DNA from: the human T2T-CHM13v2.0 reference genome, Homo sapiens
Direction: 5' to 3' (one strand)
DNA: 64,000 nt
Assembly (NCBI RefSeq): GCF_009914755.1
Contig: NC_060937.1
A program made the position numbers and the translations under genes. The notes under the pieces are model-generated. The model searched no databases and was not told the origin of the DNA. It saw only the letters and a list, made by a program, of their open reading frames with translations. This document shows positions 26,613-42,353 of the stretch, one piece after another (position 1 is the first letter of the stretch; each line of letters opens with the position of its first letter).

Positions 26613-29600
26613 TTTTGTACTATCTGGTAGATGTTGTCTGAATTTCTTATGTGTAGATGTCTACGTTTCTAGGGAGACTAGAAAAATTTTCCTGAGTCAT
26701 TACCTCAAATATATTTTCCACATTGTTTATTTTTCTCCTTCTGTCTCAGGAATGGCAATAATTCACAGATTTGGTTGCTTTACATAATCCCATATTTCTC
26801 AGAGACTTTGTTCATTTTTTAAAAATGTTTCAAACATTTTTTTTTCTGATTGGGTTAATTTGAAAGGCTCATTTTCAAGCTGTAAAATTCTTTCTTCTGC
26901 CTGGTCCATCTACTGAAGAAGCTTTCAACAGTGTTTTCAAATTCCTTAAGTGAGTTTTTCAGTTCCAGAAAATGTGATTGACTTCTTTTCAAGATTTTTA
27001 TCTCTTACTTCATTTCCTGAATTGCTTCAGAATTTTCACTGTGTTTATTTTCAATCTCGTCCTGGATCTCCTTGAGCTCCCTTGCAATCCATGCTTTGAA
27101 TTCTTTATCTATCATTCCTGAATTTCCAACTTGATTTGGGACCATTGCTGAGAGCTAGAGTGATGTTTTCGTGGGATCACAACGTTCAAATTTTTTTGTG
27201 TGGGCAGACTTCTTATGTCGCTTCCTTCTCATCTGCAATAAATTTTGTTGGGTAGGGTAATTTTGGCTTTACTTGTATACTCCTATGCACTTCTGTCAGT
27301 AGGTTTTCTACTGGGCTGTGTGTTTCATCCTACTGACCAGTTGATGGCATTTGCAGGTAGGAGTCAGGTACCGCACAAGCTGGTGGATGTAGACTTGATA
27401 TTTATTTACTGTGAGGTGTTCTCTTGTTTCAGGTGAAGGGCTGCAGAGTGGGCTGCTTGGTGCTCTGAGCTTCCTCTTCCATGTAGTTGGGGGACACAGC
27501 TGGGCAGAGCTTGAGCCCCTGACTTGCCCATGCATACCCTGATGGTGATCACAGGCACTAGCCCTCAGAAAGCTGACTGAGAGGAGTTCCTGGTGAAATG
27601 TGCTGAGGTCTCTTCAGGGGAGTGAGAAAGTTTCACTGGCTCACTGACCTAGGCAAGAATGTGATTTGTTTTCCTATCACACTCCTGTTCCAGGTCTCAT
27701 GACTCTTAGTTTAGATGCACACTGTAGTCTACCTCTGTACCACAATATGTGGCTGAGAGCCATGGGGAATGCCTGTTTTATGACAGTAGGAGTGCTTTCA
27801 GGGCATACCCTCATATAGATAACTTTATGGCTCATCTGTTCTCCGATGCGGCAATACTACTGCTTCTTGTCAATGCTGGATGGGAGCTCCATCCTTGAGC
27901 ATATGAAAGTGGGTGTTGGTTGTAGTGGTGTTGGGTGGTTGGGTCTGCCTGACCTCAGGCCCTGAGGGAAGTGGACAGGTACCAGCAAGTTAGAATGGAG
28001 TAGGTAGTTCTTAGTTTGTAGGCCCCTAGATGGCTGCTAGACATTTTGTATGAGTTCTGAAGGGCCTGGCTTAGAGTTTGGCTAGTTCAGAGTTCAGGGG
28101 CTGGCTATGATTGGGGTGGCAGGCTGGTCCTTGGGTCACTGGCTGAACTCTTAGGTAGGGGCAGGCAGAATGCTTAGATGGAGGGAATATCACAGGCCTT
28201 CAATGGTTGGGTTGCAGGGAAATGTTCAGTCAGGTTCGGTGTGACTGTGCTATGGGTCTTTCAGTGGGAAGGGCAGGACCCTTCAGCTGGAACAATGGAG
28301 ACTGGCAGCTGTGGGGCACATGGCATCCTCATGCTTCTCTCCCATCCAAGTGATGCTGAACTTTCCTGGTGGGGACATGAAAAAATGCCAAGCATCATCT
28401 GTTTACTCTGGGAGTTTTGTCCCAGAGGAATGCAGAGCTGCCAGTGCTGGCAGAGTTCAGGTGAGGGCAGGGCCATTGTGCTGGAAGTCCAAACCAGTGA
28501 ACCTTGCCTGGCTAGAAACAGCAGGGGTGGGGGTGGGGGCTGGTGGCTGGGGGTAGTTGCAAGGCCTACAATCTGGGGGGCTCCTAGGGGAATGCAGAGC
28601 TATGCCCACTGGCAATGTTCAGGCAGCGAGATCAGTGCACTGGAAGCCTGAGCCGAGCCTTGCCTGAGGAGGAGTGAGACAGTCTGGCTGCTCCTTGGCA
28701 CTGTAGTTGCAGCCTCTATTTGGATCATGACATTTGGGTGCTCAGAAATCCAAAGCCTGTGAGGCTCCAAGTGGGCCTGAGTGGGGTCTCTGCAAAAACC
28801 CTAGTTGGCTCTCTGCATTGGTCTTGAGGCTGGGGAGTATGTGTGTTGGAATGGTCAGGGGGGTTCTCCTATGCCCAGGATTACAAAGGTCTGTAGTGGA
28901 AGTGTGGATTTACTGGGGATTCTCAGTCACTTATCCTTTCCTCACGTCAGGGAGCTTCTCCCATTATTGCACTGGTCCCCTGTGGGTAGTTATCCAGCTT
29001 CACCCCTCTCTGTTCTCTGTGGAGTCCCTCACTTTCTTGGTGAATCCCAACATGGTATCAGAGACAACCACGAGAAGAGTGAGTATCTAGTCACCACTTT
29101 GTTTTCTCTCCATGCAAGACTGGTGCATTATAGCTGCTTCTTCTAGGCAGCCATCTTGAACCCAATCTCAAAATCCACAATTCTTTAAGTTTAAGAAGAA
29201 AACATGCCTAAATGGAGTAATCAATTTTCTCTTACTAATTTTCTGTATCATTTTGGATTATTCTCTTAAGTGGTCTTAGCATCAGATGCCTTGTTTATAA
29301 AAAATGTTAATTAGATTAAAGCAACTTTAAGTTGTCTAATAGTTTTATAAAACTGTGAATTTCTGTAGGTAATCTTTTGTAGATAAAATGATCCAAGTCC
29401 CAATCCTTCCATTAGGGTCTCCTAAGAAGAAAATGTGGTATAATTTTTATAAGAAGACTCCTGTTCATAGACCATAAACTGAATTATCAGGAGTATATAT
29501 GATTGGGGTTCCAATCTCATTTATGCTTTGATTCCAAAAAATTAGCAACAAAAGACTGCATTGAGATTAGCAATCAGCCTATAAGGCCCAAACCTAAAAT

Positions 29601-29619
29601 ACCTGGTTTATAAAATGGT

Positions 29620-30172
29620 GCAATCCCATTACTGGGTATACACCCAAAGGATTATAAATCATTCTACTATAAAGACACATGTGTCTATTGCAGCACTATT
29701 TACAATAGCAAAGACTTGGAATCAACTGAAACTCCCATCAATGGTATAGTGGATAAAGAAAATGTGGCACATATATACCATGGAATACTATGCAGCCATA
29801 AAAAAGAATGAGTTCATGTCATTTTCAGAGACATAGATAAAGCTGGAAGCCATCATTCTCAGCAAACTAACATAAGAACAGAAAACCAAACATCATGTGT
29901 TTTCATTCATAAGTGGGAGTTGAATGATGAGAACACATAGACACAGGGAGGGGAACATGACACACACACCAGGGCCTGTCAGGGGATGGCAGCAAGGGTA
30001 GGGAGAGGATTAGGACAAATACCTAATGCATGCTGGGCTTAAAACCTAGGTGGTGGGTTTATAGGTGCAGCAAATCACCGTGGCACATGTATACCTATTT
30101 AATAAACCTGCATGCTCTGCACATGTATCCCAGAACTTAAAGTAAAATGAAAAAAGAAGAAAAAGAAAAGAA
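29620..30172 (+). mobile_element. 5'-truncated L1PA (PA7/8-like) 3' end with A-rich tail
   Basis: GCAATCCCATTACTGGGTATA...CACATGTATCCCAGAACTTAAAGTAAAA followed by A-rich tail. Confidence 0.9.
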
Positions 30173-30744
30173 ATGTCCAAGCTGAAAGGGACTAGGTCAG
30201 AGAAGAAATTTACTCAGCTGAATGAGAACTTATTCTGAACTTAGTCCAAGATTAAAGGATTTTTATGACAAATGTTCTTGAGAGTGAAATGATGTGGAAT
30301 CCCTCAACTTATCTGGAATATTCTTCCAATAAACCCAAGTCAGTTACTCAGAGAGGAAGAAACGTTGTAAAGCAAAGTTCTAGTGAGTTGAATCTGGAAA
30401 GAACATCAGAATACAAGGCCAATTTTAGTGCTCAACATTGGCTAAATAAGGTCACAGTGTCCACTAGTCTAGAGTAACCACTGGAGCACAGATGGGTCTA
30501 GAGCATGTCAACTTAGATTGGGGGAAGGAGAAAAGAGAAAGAGCACAATAAAAGAAAAGTTTATGGCCAAGAGGAGGCACAGAAACTTAGTGTCTGGGAA
30601 ACATGCAATAAGACTCTCAGAAGAAATGAAAATAGAGCTACTAGGAAGATCATCGTGTTTGTATTGCACAATATTGAGTACTAGAAAAAAGGAATTTGGG
30701 AGCATTGTTTCATTGTAATAGCAAACCAGGAATATTAATAGGTG

Positions 30745-30950
30745 CTGTAGCATTAAGGACATTCTCTGGACTGGCATCAGACAAGTCTGCATTCTAACAT
30801 TGGCTCCCTCACTTATGCCATCTGTGATCTCACTAACTCACCTTTCAGTTTCTTATTTGCAAAATACGGATATTGACAGCTAACATGACAGTTTTTTGTC
30901 ATGATTAAGTGTGATAATATAACACAAAATAGGTACTCAATGATTGCTAC
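30745..30950 (+). mobile_element. MIR
   Basis: Core TCAGTTTCTTATTTGCAAAAT and GATTAAGTGTGATAAT. Confidence 0.65.
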
Positions 30951-31754
30951 TGCTGCTAATATCACTGCTTTCATTTCTTTCAGTTAAATGGGAAGTAAAG
31001 CAACCAAAGTCCCCAAGTTTTAATCAAGTAAAACATATTTCAGAGGACATTAAGTTTTTAAATGCCACAAAATTTCTCCATCTTCTATTCAGGAAGCTCC
31101 TCTTAAAGAATTTCCTTTCACCACATCAATATTTACCTTAAGTTTTTAGATCAATGAAAATATCAACTAGGTACATGCACATTTGCTAGGATGAGTGACA
31201 ATTATTTCATTGATTCTTTTATTCCTTACCCTCTAAATTAATAATTGGGGATGTAGGTAAACTACAGCAAGTATGGGCCAATTTACCAAATTTTATTGCC
31301 TTGCTGACAAAGTCCTTCAAAAAGCATCTACAAATAACGTGGATTCAGAAAAAAGAATAACATGTGGTAGCCAAAACTACTCAATCTACAATAAGACAGA
31401 TGCAGTTGAAAAACAGGAAGACCTTGCCACTGGTCAAAAAATCAGCGTTTAGTTTTAGTTCCTATGTGTTCTACTGAATTTTTCTCATGTAAGCTTGATT
31501 TCAAGTATGACTATATAATATATTTAGATTGAAACTAAAATGACTGATTATTAAAAGCGTTACCTTTGATTAAAAAATCAAAATCACATTTTAAATAGAC
31601 TTACATCTTTAAAGTAAAAAAATATGTAACCACAGTGAAAGTTTGTAGAAGTTAGGACACAGATGGAGAAAAGCAAGAGGTCATATTCCAATGTATCTTT
31701 CTACCTGTGTTCTGTGTCCCTAAGTCTGAGATTAATATCTTCTTTGCTCCTTAC

Positions 31755-31925
31755 TAAACCTTGTGAAGTAGTGCTTTGATGACCGCTTTATACCTGCAGA
31801 AATTCAGGCTCAGAGTTCAGGTGCATGTCAAAGGTAAATTAGCTCATAATTAGTTGAGGTAGCATCTCAACTTCAGTTTACCAAACCTCAGAGCTGATGC
31901 TGTTTCCACTATTCATTATGCCTCT
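31755..31925 (-). mobile_element. MIR
   Basis: AACCTTGTGAAGTAG...GAAATTCAGGCTCAGAG. Confidence 0.55.
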
Positions 31926-32144
31926 ATGTGCAAAGAGTAAGGAAGGTTATATTTTCAAAACCCTGAGGGGGCAATATATTATTTAAAAACAAAAATTTCA
32001 TTTGTCTTAAGAATCCATTTACTGGCAAAGTTCATTCTTATGATCTAAGCTTTAGACTTTAGGAAATACATTCAGCATGAGTAATGTTCCTTTTCGCTTT
32101 TGAGTCATATCCCCAATGCCCTTCCTCTTGGCCTCCTTTTCAGC

Positions 32145-32444
32145 CACGAAAATTCCTATTCATCTTTCAAGTGGTGTCTAATATTGCTTCCTCTGTGAAG
32201 CCTTATTTATTCAAACTTTATATTTTCCCAACTACACAAAATATTGGATGCTTATTCTGTGGCCCTGGAACACAGGACATTTGTTTATGACAGTATTTCT
32301 CAATTCACTGTACTTATTTGTTAATACATCAGTTTTCTGTGACCGCTGCAGATAAGAGAGGCTGTGATCTCTGCAAGGACAAGGTTGTCGGCTTATTCAT
32401 GTCTCTTTTTCTTTAGTGACTACCAAAGTGAATAGTATATAGTC
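32145..32444 (+). mobile_element. L2 3' fragment (resumes at about 33182-33215 after the Alu)
   Basis: TCCTATTCATCTTTCAAG...TTCCTCTGTGAAGCCTT...TGTGATCTCTGCAAGGACAAGG. Confidence 0.6.
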
Positions 32445-33181
<737 letters not shown>

Positions 33182-34606
33182 ATAGTACATAGTGTCTGAT
33201 GACTAAATGAATTGTTTCTTGTTACATATTCTGATTATAAGAAATAAAATATTTAACTATTCAATTCACGTGCCCAGAGATGGAAGCCAAAAACAAATTT
33301 GAAGTGAGTTGTACTGTTTTCTCCTTTCCAGCTTCCTCACAAGTGAGAAGTCCCTAATAGAGACTTTGTACTGAATCTGAGTAAAAATAATTTCAGTTCT
33401 GAATAATCACTTTCCTGAAATTGATCTTTTACTTTTTTTCCTCTAATATTTGCAAAAAGAATGGAGAGTACCAACTTATTAAGAATATCTAATTACTTTT
33501 ATTTTTCAGGCACTGAAAATGCTTGGATATCATACAGATAGTTTCATTATCTTCTTTTTAGAGGCACTCTGAATGTGAATTGCATCTGAGTCAGTCTATC
33601 CTTCCAGGAATTGAATTAGTTTTCCTCACACTCTCAGAGGAGGCAATGCATAACACAAGTTACATGTCAGGAGCATTCCCCAGAGATGATGATTTTGATT
33701 CAACATCCTACTGTTTCAAAAATATAGCAATATAATTTTAATATGCTATTGGGCATATATTCTGGTGGCAGTTTACCACTTCGAAAGGGATCAGATTAAA
33801 ATGTCTTTATTAGAGGTCAAAATCAGCTACAGAAATTTATTCTAACCAAATAAATAATCTTATTTAGACTTTTATGTATGAAATTTATTACATTGGATCA
33901 TTCTTGATAAAACTGCCTCACAGTAAGTACACAAGATAAAAATAAATACATAAATACACAAATGAATGAATCTTCTCTGCGCCCTTCCTATTCAAAGATG
34001 ACATTACTGTCAGTGATTGCTATTTGTGTGTGTGGGTGAAGAGGAAAAGACCAATCTGTAACCTCCAGTCCCTTCCACACTGTGCACACATGGAGATTGT
34101 TCTTTGATTTGCAGCTGCTATTTGCAGAGCTTGTCACTGTTTGCAATTCTGTTACTTGGTATCACCTTAGGCCAGAATCCTCCAGCCTGAAAACCCCTCA
34201 GTTCCTGATTGCAATAAGCCTGTCTGCTCTCAAGATAGACTCTCATGAGAAATCACTGGAAAGTCTTTTCAGTACATATTTTTATGTTGCCTTCTTCTGT
34301 CCCTTTTCACCTACTATCCTATGGTTGCTGGAACAGGTTGTTCTCAGTAATTTTAACACTCATCTAGGATATTTTTTTTTCCTTCAAGTCATGGTCCTTC
34401 CATATTGGTGTCCTCATTGCACTGTTATGAGATAAATCATTTGTTTATATTAAAAACAAGAAATTGTTAAGGATGACACACCCTGTCCTGGCCTGAAGTT
34501 ATTTGTTTGTTTGTTGTTTAAACAACATTCATCAAGGGACTCCGATAAAATGGTCCATAAAAGGGTGGGGGGCGGGGTGCATAATATGCATTGTGTTTCC
34601 AGGTTA

Positions 34607-34840
34607 CATTCATTCAGTAACATTATTAAAGTTTATATTATTTTCAAGACACTTTGATAAATGCTGGGCCTATGAAAAGGTACAAGGAATAGCCCCCTTC
34701 CTAATTTACTGACATCCTACTAGAGAAGAAAAACCTATAACAAAAGACTATCAAAACCATGGGATAATATTGTATAAATTAAGGGAGTTGAGTGAGTAAC
34801 TTTTCTGGTAGAATCCAGATGACTTTAAGAAGCACACGTT
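34607..34840 (-). mobile_element. L2 3' end fragment
   Basis: CATTCATTCAGTAACATT start typical of a reverse L2 tail. Confidence 0.55.
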
Positions 34841-34855
34841 AAGACTGCCAACAAA

Positions 34856-35086
34856 TGGTGCGAATGTCTGTCAATATCTGTAGAATGTGCAACATGAGCC
34901 CTAATGCAAACTATGGAGATGATAATGGTATGCCAATATAGGTATATAGATTATAACAAATGTACAACTCTGGTGTGAATACTGATGGTCATGGAGGCTG
35001 TACGTCTGTTGGGGCAGGAATATCTGAGAAATCTCTTTACCTTCCACTCAACTTTTGCTATGAACCTAAAACTGTTCTAAGACAAA
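34856..35086 (+). mobile_element. 5'-truncated L1MC1-like 3' end
   Basis: CCCTAATGCAAACTATGGA...TTTTGCTATGAACCTAAAACTGTTCTAA; perfect TSD AAGACTGCCAACAAA at 34841 and 35087. Confidence 0.88.
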
Positions 35087-36833
35087 AAGACTGCCAACAA
35101 AAAAAACACACACACAGTAAAGGCACTTTAGGCTTAAAGAAAAACAGAAATGAATGCAAAATGCAAACAAAAGTGCTAGCATATTAGGGGAATAATAAAC
35201 AGTATAACCATTTAAAATAATATATATTAATTCTACTTTCTACCAGTTAGTTTAATTTATCATTTGAGGCTTTGCTATCATTTTACTACCTACTTTGGGT
35301 TTACTTGAATTAGTTTTTATTTTCTAATTGAATTTTATGCAACTGGAGAATATGAAAACTAAGTCCTAGAAACCTGTATAATTTTGGCAAGTGTGAATTA
35401 TTGAAACTGTTTGGCTATATATAATTTTTCTCTCTTAGCTCATTATGTGGCAATATGTTAATTTTGTTATGTTTTGTCTCATTATTTTCTAAAACTGCCC
35501 AAATGCAAAACACAAACTAAACACAAATTAACTGTAAAATAATCAAATGTAAGACTAACTTAGGTACCTAGAAATAGTGCAAAATATAAAAGCTAAAGTT
35601 TAAAACAAATAAGGAGTAAGTCCTAACACAAGAGAAGAGATGAAATAATAAATTTATATTAAAAATAAAATTCCCAAGTGTTGTTTTGATTTAAAAGGCA
35701 TTTTGAAAAGTTATCTTCTTTCTGCCAAGAACTTCAAAAAGGCTAACATTTAAAAAGACAGCCAAATAATCTAAAAGCCAGTGTATGGGAATATGGTCCC
35801 TACTACCATGAGTAAGCCTATTACACAAGTCCACTTCTATCTATTCATTTCACCCATGTATTGTGTGCCAGATTGAAGAAACAAACAAACAAACAAACAA
35901 ACATTTCTTTGGTCCTGGATATTGTTTTTAAATTGCATTATTTACATTTCTTAGAGTTCAACAGACTTTACCCAAGGTCCACATAAAAAAAATGTGGATA
36001 TTGAGCAATTCTAGTACCCTACCTCTCTTTGACCAACACAGCTCTGATCTTTTCTCTCATGTGTTTGGATTTGTATGTGAGGTGCTGTTTAACAATAGCA
36101 AGACAAAAAATGAAATAATAACTTGGAGAATGAGTGGAAAAAATATCAGGAAGGAAAGGAAAGAAAACTGCTAGGGGAGTAGAAAGGAAAAAAAGGAAAA
36201 TGAAGGAAAAAGAGAAGAGGATAAGAAAAGAAAAAAAATACCCTATGAAAGCATAACACATCTAACATGCATTCATTTTCCTAGATAGAATCCTGGGGTA
36301 TGTTAGTGATTGTGCTTCATATAGCCACTGAGCCCTTTACTTGCTCTATCTTGTTGATTATTTTCAGTAACTATTATTATTATTTATTATTTTATCCTAC
36401 CTACCCAATGGTGTTACGGAAGACAAATCCTCCAGCACAAAGCTTTGGTTTGACATTGTTATGAAGGCCAGTAAAGAGACAGCAATACCACAGGCGGGCT
36501 TCAGGGACCAAGTATTGTTTATAACACTTGTAGCTGCCTTGCTTGCGCTCTTCGGATATCACAGACAGTCTGGGGAAGCAGTCCTGGCAGCACACATTTG
36601 CCTGCCAAGAAGCCCAGGAGGTAATGATTAAAGGCTCTTATAAATCTCTCTCTGAAATGCCTGAAGGCCTTAGTGGTCTGTAAAAGCAATATTGGTAAAG
36701 AACCAAGTATCAATGTTGCTGGCAGCAATACAATTTTAATGTCATTTTTAATATTTAGATTTATGACCAGACTCCTAAAATAGCAAACTAGCAAAATCAT
36801 GAATTTCAATATGAGTTAAAAAGTATTATGAAG

Positions 36834-37830
36834 TTCATTCATTCCATCCCTTCATGTTTTATTTATTAATTTACAAGGTGATGAAGATGTAGTTATGAGT
36901 TGAAGACAAGCACTCTCTTCCTTTTACAGCATATGATTTGGTGAGAAAGACAGACAAGATGACAGAGAGACATATATTGGTACAGTCATAAGTGTTCAAA
37001 AACACAGAATCTGAACAGGGAGATCTAATTCTTCCTGGAGAAGGAGTGGTGTATAGGGAAAGCTGTTGGGAGTGACATTTAACCTGTGACCTAAAGGATG
37101 CATGGGAGTTAGATGATATAATAGGGCATAGGGATAAGCGTTATAATTAGAGGAAAGTATATACACAAAGGTTTTGCATAATGACTGAGCTTTTGAGGGA
37201 GCTGAAAGAAAGTGAGTAAACATGGTTGGAGCTGAGAGTATGAGGGAGAAAGTGGTCTGAGATGAAGGTGGGTCTTAGAGACAATCTGTGCATGGCCTTG
37301 CTGGCTCTGCTAAATTCCTCAAGTTCCATGTTAAGTATAATGGATAGCAATGGTAGGTGCTCCACAAAAAGCTACATGCAGAACCACAACCCTGGTTGGG
37401 ATTTTGTGAAAATGTTTAAGTTTCAAATTTTGGTGGGACACTGTCCTATGGGCAAGAAGGCTTGGGACCACATGGCCTCTCTCTGTATGGGAAGAGATAC
37501 TCTCCTGAGGGAGGTGGAAGGCATATGGATTGGTCAGACGGAAGCAAGCTGGATTTCAGCCATGCTACCATCAGAGACGGTATATTTATTTCAGTGTTTC
37601 AACTGCACAATGGTACATAGCAGTTACCAACATGATCCAATCGTCTGCTTCAAGATCACGCTTTCGAAAGAGCAAGGTGTGGAAAGAAGTAAATCAAACC
37701 TAACAGTGTTATAGCAATTCAGGAAAAAATAAGTTTCTAGCTTAAACCAACTAGGATGCTAGCAGTAGGAATTCAGATAAATAGAAGAAAGGATCTTTTG
37801 GAGGTACGATTAACATTAAAATTAAGACTC
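36834..37830 (-). mobile_element. L2, interrupted at about 37375-37625 by unassigned sequence
   Basis: TTCATTCATTCC start; purine-rich GACATTTAACCTGTGACCTAAAGGATG; resumes at TTCAAGATCACGCTTT. Confidence 0.65.
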
Positions 37831-38223
37831 CGTACAGGAGTTACAGAAAACCCTATTCTAAAAAGAAGAATAGTTTGACCTAAATCATGTTAAGAAACAC
37901 GTAATAAGTGAAAGGAGAAGATTAAACATTCAACCCTGTTATAGTAAATAGGTTTTCATAAGATCTGCACTTTTAAGGACTTCCTGAGTGCTAGACAGTA
38001 CCTTAAGTCCTTTATATGTACCATTGCAATAATCCTGCCAATACTACGAGATTAATAATGATGACGATGATCAGAATAATACATTGCACATGTAGCACAT
38101 GAATAATTTTGTCTAATATCCCAACTTTTTGACATTTTGACTCATATTACAATCCTAAAGTTTGGGTTAAAAGGCGTGAGCAGTTTTCAAGAAAGATAAT
38201 TAAGGCTCAGAAAAGCTAGGTGG

Positions 38224-38526
38224 GCACTTTGGGAGGCAGAGGTCGAAGGATCACTTGAGTCCAGGACTTCAAAACCAGCCTGGGCAACATGGCCAAACCT
38301 CATCTCTACAATAAATACAAAAATTAGCTGGGCATGGTGGCATGTGACTGTAGTCCCAGCTACTTAGGAGGCTGAGGTGGGAGAATCTCTTGAGTTTGGG
38401 GGGGTCAAGAAAGGTCAAGGCTGCAGTGAGCTGTGATTATACCACTACACTCCAGCTTGGGTGGCAGAACTAGAACCTGTCTCAATTTAAAAACAAACAA
38501 ACAAACAACAACAAAAACAAAAAAGA
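38224..38526 (+). mobile_element. 5'-truncated AluJ
   Basis: Starts GCACTTTGGGAGG; (AAAC)n tail; TSD AGAAAAGCTAGGTGG / AGAAAACCTAGGCGG. Confidence 0.92.
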
Positions 38527-39534
38527 CAGAAAACCTAGGCGGCTTACCTCAGATCTCTCTTCTTGAATAGGAGTCTTTAGATTAGATTCCAAGAAAATCA
38601 TTCCAAATCTACCTTTAAGACAAGAGTCCTATTTTTACAATAAATGAATAATTGAGACATGGGCACATTAGTAGGAATTAATATCAGATTACTTTCCAGG
38701 CAAAAGAACCCTGAGAAAAACAGATGCACTTAGAATATAAAGAATAATGACAACAAAGAGAGGGTAAAGGAAAACAATGCCTTCACCATTTTTTTAGCTG
38801 TGTTCTTTAAAACCTATAAGAAATATTCATGATGATTTATAATGAATATAAATATTATTTATAAATAATCTTTCCCATTTTCTAGAGTAACAATATTGAT
38901 TGAGGTTGAGGGTAGCCTAAATAACAATTGTGGGAGCTATATTCAGGTTTACCTCAAGTTAATTATCTCTAGTTAATGTCAATTTCATCTTATTTTTTAA
39001 GATCAGGAAATTTATTTCCTACATCATTTGATATATCTTTGTCAATTAAACTGAACAATTTCAAGTTGACTCCAAGTCCCTCTTTTACTCTTCCTGAGTT
39101 GTTTGGTAGCACTCATATCATCTAGGTTCTGGTTTGATCTCTTTCTGATGAAAATATGAGAGGAACCAAGCGCAAAGATGTGAGCAGAAAGTCATAGGAA
39201 GCAAAGCACTCACAAGATGTTCCAATAACAAAACATTTCAGAAGTATGAAAAAGGTCAGAGTCAAGTATTTCTTAGTGTTATGAGAAAGAAGTGTAAAAA
39301 GTTGCCATGGGAAAAGATCTTTTCAATTCACAGTTTAGAAGGGAGATTTCCATAGCTTTCTTCTCATAGTGCCCATGAGTTCCTCCTGGCATCAGTAACA
39401 TTCTCTGAAAATTAGGTTCTGAGTTCTGTAGGTGACCCCAGGATACCAAAGGGCTACAGCTGCCAAGGAGAGTGGTTTGGTCTTAAAATTATTAGAAGGA
39501 ATATTAGAAATAGTATAGAAACCAATTAAAAAAT

Positions 39535-40746
39535 GGTACACCAACCCACACAAATATAGACACCTGATCCATGACAAAGGAACAATGGTAATACAATGGA
39601 GAAAGATACTCTTTCCAACAAACGATGTTGGAACAACTAGACATCCACATACAAAAAACAAAAGTGAATCTAGATAGAGATGTTACACTCTTCACAAATC
39701 AACTAAACATGATTCATAGACCTAGTTGTAAAATGCAGAATTATAAAACTCCTAGAAGATAACATCAGGAAAATCTAGATAACCTTGGGTTTGGCAATGC
39801 CTTTTTAGATATAGCACCAAAGGCACAATCCATGAAATAAATAATTGTTTAGCCAGAATTCATAAAAATTAACAACTTCTGCTTTGTAAAAGACATGGTA
39901 AACAGAATATGAAGCAAAGCCACAGAATTGGGAGAAAAATATCTGCAAACAATATACCTGTTAAAGGACTGTTATCTAAAATATATAAAAAACTCATAAA
40001 ACTCAAGTAGAAAAAGAACAATCCAAAATTTAAAAATGTATAAAAGATCTAAACAGATATCTCACCAAAGAAGATATACAGATGGCATATCACTATAAAA
40101 AGATGCTCAGCATCATATGTCATCAGGGAAATGCAAATTAAAACAACAATGAGGTATCACTATACACCTATTTGAATGCCCAAAACCTGGAGCTGTAACG
40201 ACATCACATGTTGGTGAAAATGTGGAACAATAGGAATTCTCATTCACTGCTGGTGGGAATACAAAATTGTTTAGCTACTTTGGAATACATTTTGAAAGTT
40301 TGTAAAGAAACTAAATATACTGTTTCCGCAAGATCCAGTAGTCATGGATTGCTTATTATTTACCTAAATGCGTTGAAAGCATATGCCCACACAAAAACCT
40401 GCACACCCATGTATAGCACATTTATTCATAACTGTATGAACTTGCAAACAAACAAGATGTCCTTTAGGAGGTGAAGAGATAAACAAACTCAGGTACCTCC
40501 AGACAATGGAATAGTATTCAGTACTAAAATGATTTAAGTTATCAAGCCATGATAGATATGGAGTAACCTTAGATTCACATCACTAAGTGAAGAAAGCCAA
40601 CCTGAAAAGGCTAAACACTAGATGGTTCCAACTATATTCTAGAAAAGGAAAAACTGTGAAGAGAATAAAAAGATCAGTGGTTGCCAGGGATTAAGAGAGA
40701 AAGAGGGATGAATAGGTGGAACACAGAAGATTTTAGTGCAGTGAAT
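39535..40746 (+). mobile_element. L1MC1/L1MB-like ORF2 3' end and 3' UTR
   Basis: AAAACTCCTAGAAGATAACAT, CATCAGGGAAATGCAAATTAAAACAACAATGAG, GATCAGTGGTTGCCAGGG. Confidence 0.88.
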
Positions 40747-40769
40747 AGGAAGCAATATAACCATTTAAA

Positions 40770-40884
40770 AGAAAAACTATATGTACTGGGAGACGAGAAA
40801 ACTCTTGTGACTCACTTTATTGCAATATTTGCTTTATTGTGATGGTCTGGAAATGAAACCACAATATCTCCAAGGAATGCCTTA
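40770..40884 (+). mobile_element. Tigger1 3' terminal fragment
   Basis: GTGACTCACTTTATTGCAATATTTGCTTTATTGTGATGGTCTGGAA...CAATATCTCCAAGGAATGCCT. Confidence 0.8.
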
Positions 40885-41551
40885 TTTTTAGTTTTCTTTC
40901 ACTTAACAAGGGGTGTCAGGCATATGTAATATTTTGAAACTAAGTTTTTCATTTGTATTATGTTGCAGACATCAACCATAGTCTTGGATTCATCTTTAAC
41001 TGTTGGGTAATACGGCACTGTCTGAACATACTGTTACAATATATTCCATGGATGTTGGATCCACTGATGAACATTTGAGTTGTTTCCAAGCTTTTGTTAA
41101 GTGAAAATTAGTGATACAACATTTCCGAACCTGTGTTTGATTGTATAAGTGCAAGAGACTCTCCTAGACATTCCTAGAAATAAATTTTCTGTGTCATAAA
41201 ACATGAGAATAATCAACTTAAAAAATAATGCCAAACTGTTTCAGTGATAGATAACTAACTCTCCAATTGGTAATATATAAGAGATTCTACAGATTTCCAC
41301 TACGTCTAACACTTGGTATTGTAAAATCTTAATGTTGCCAATGTAACAAGAATTAGACAGAAAATTACAGTGGTTTTGATGTTGATGTCACTGATTACAA
41401 TGAAGTTATTAATAAATATCTTTTTTTGTGTGGTGACCTATGTAAAATGCCTGTTCATGATTTTTGTCCATTTGTTTCTGTTACTTTTCTGTGCATTTCT
41501 CATTATTTTTTCCATTTGCAAACACACACACACACACACGGAAAACCTTAG

Positions 41552-42353
<802 letters not shown>

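Larger units (their letters stand above)
23860..29165 (-). mobile_element. L1PB/L1PA16-like element running from 3' end to 5' UTR, with large internal deletions and nested THE1 and MER1B
   Basis: 3' end TTTTAGGTTCTCGGGTACATG...GTCACCCAGGTAGTGAG; ORF2 remnant PILLTLFQKIEEEGLLHNSFYEAS; ORF1 remnant QITYKRKPIRL; GC-richer 5' UTR ending GCAGCCATCTTG at about 29158. Confidence 0.9.

Noticed and set aside
28178-29146. Cluster of 70-157-aa ORFs in GC-richer DNA
   Set aside because: Lies in the L1 5' UTR; higher GC lowers stop-codon frequency.
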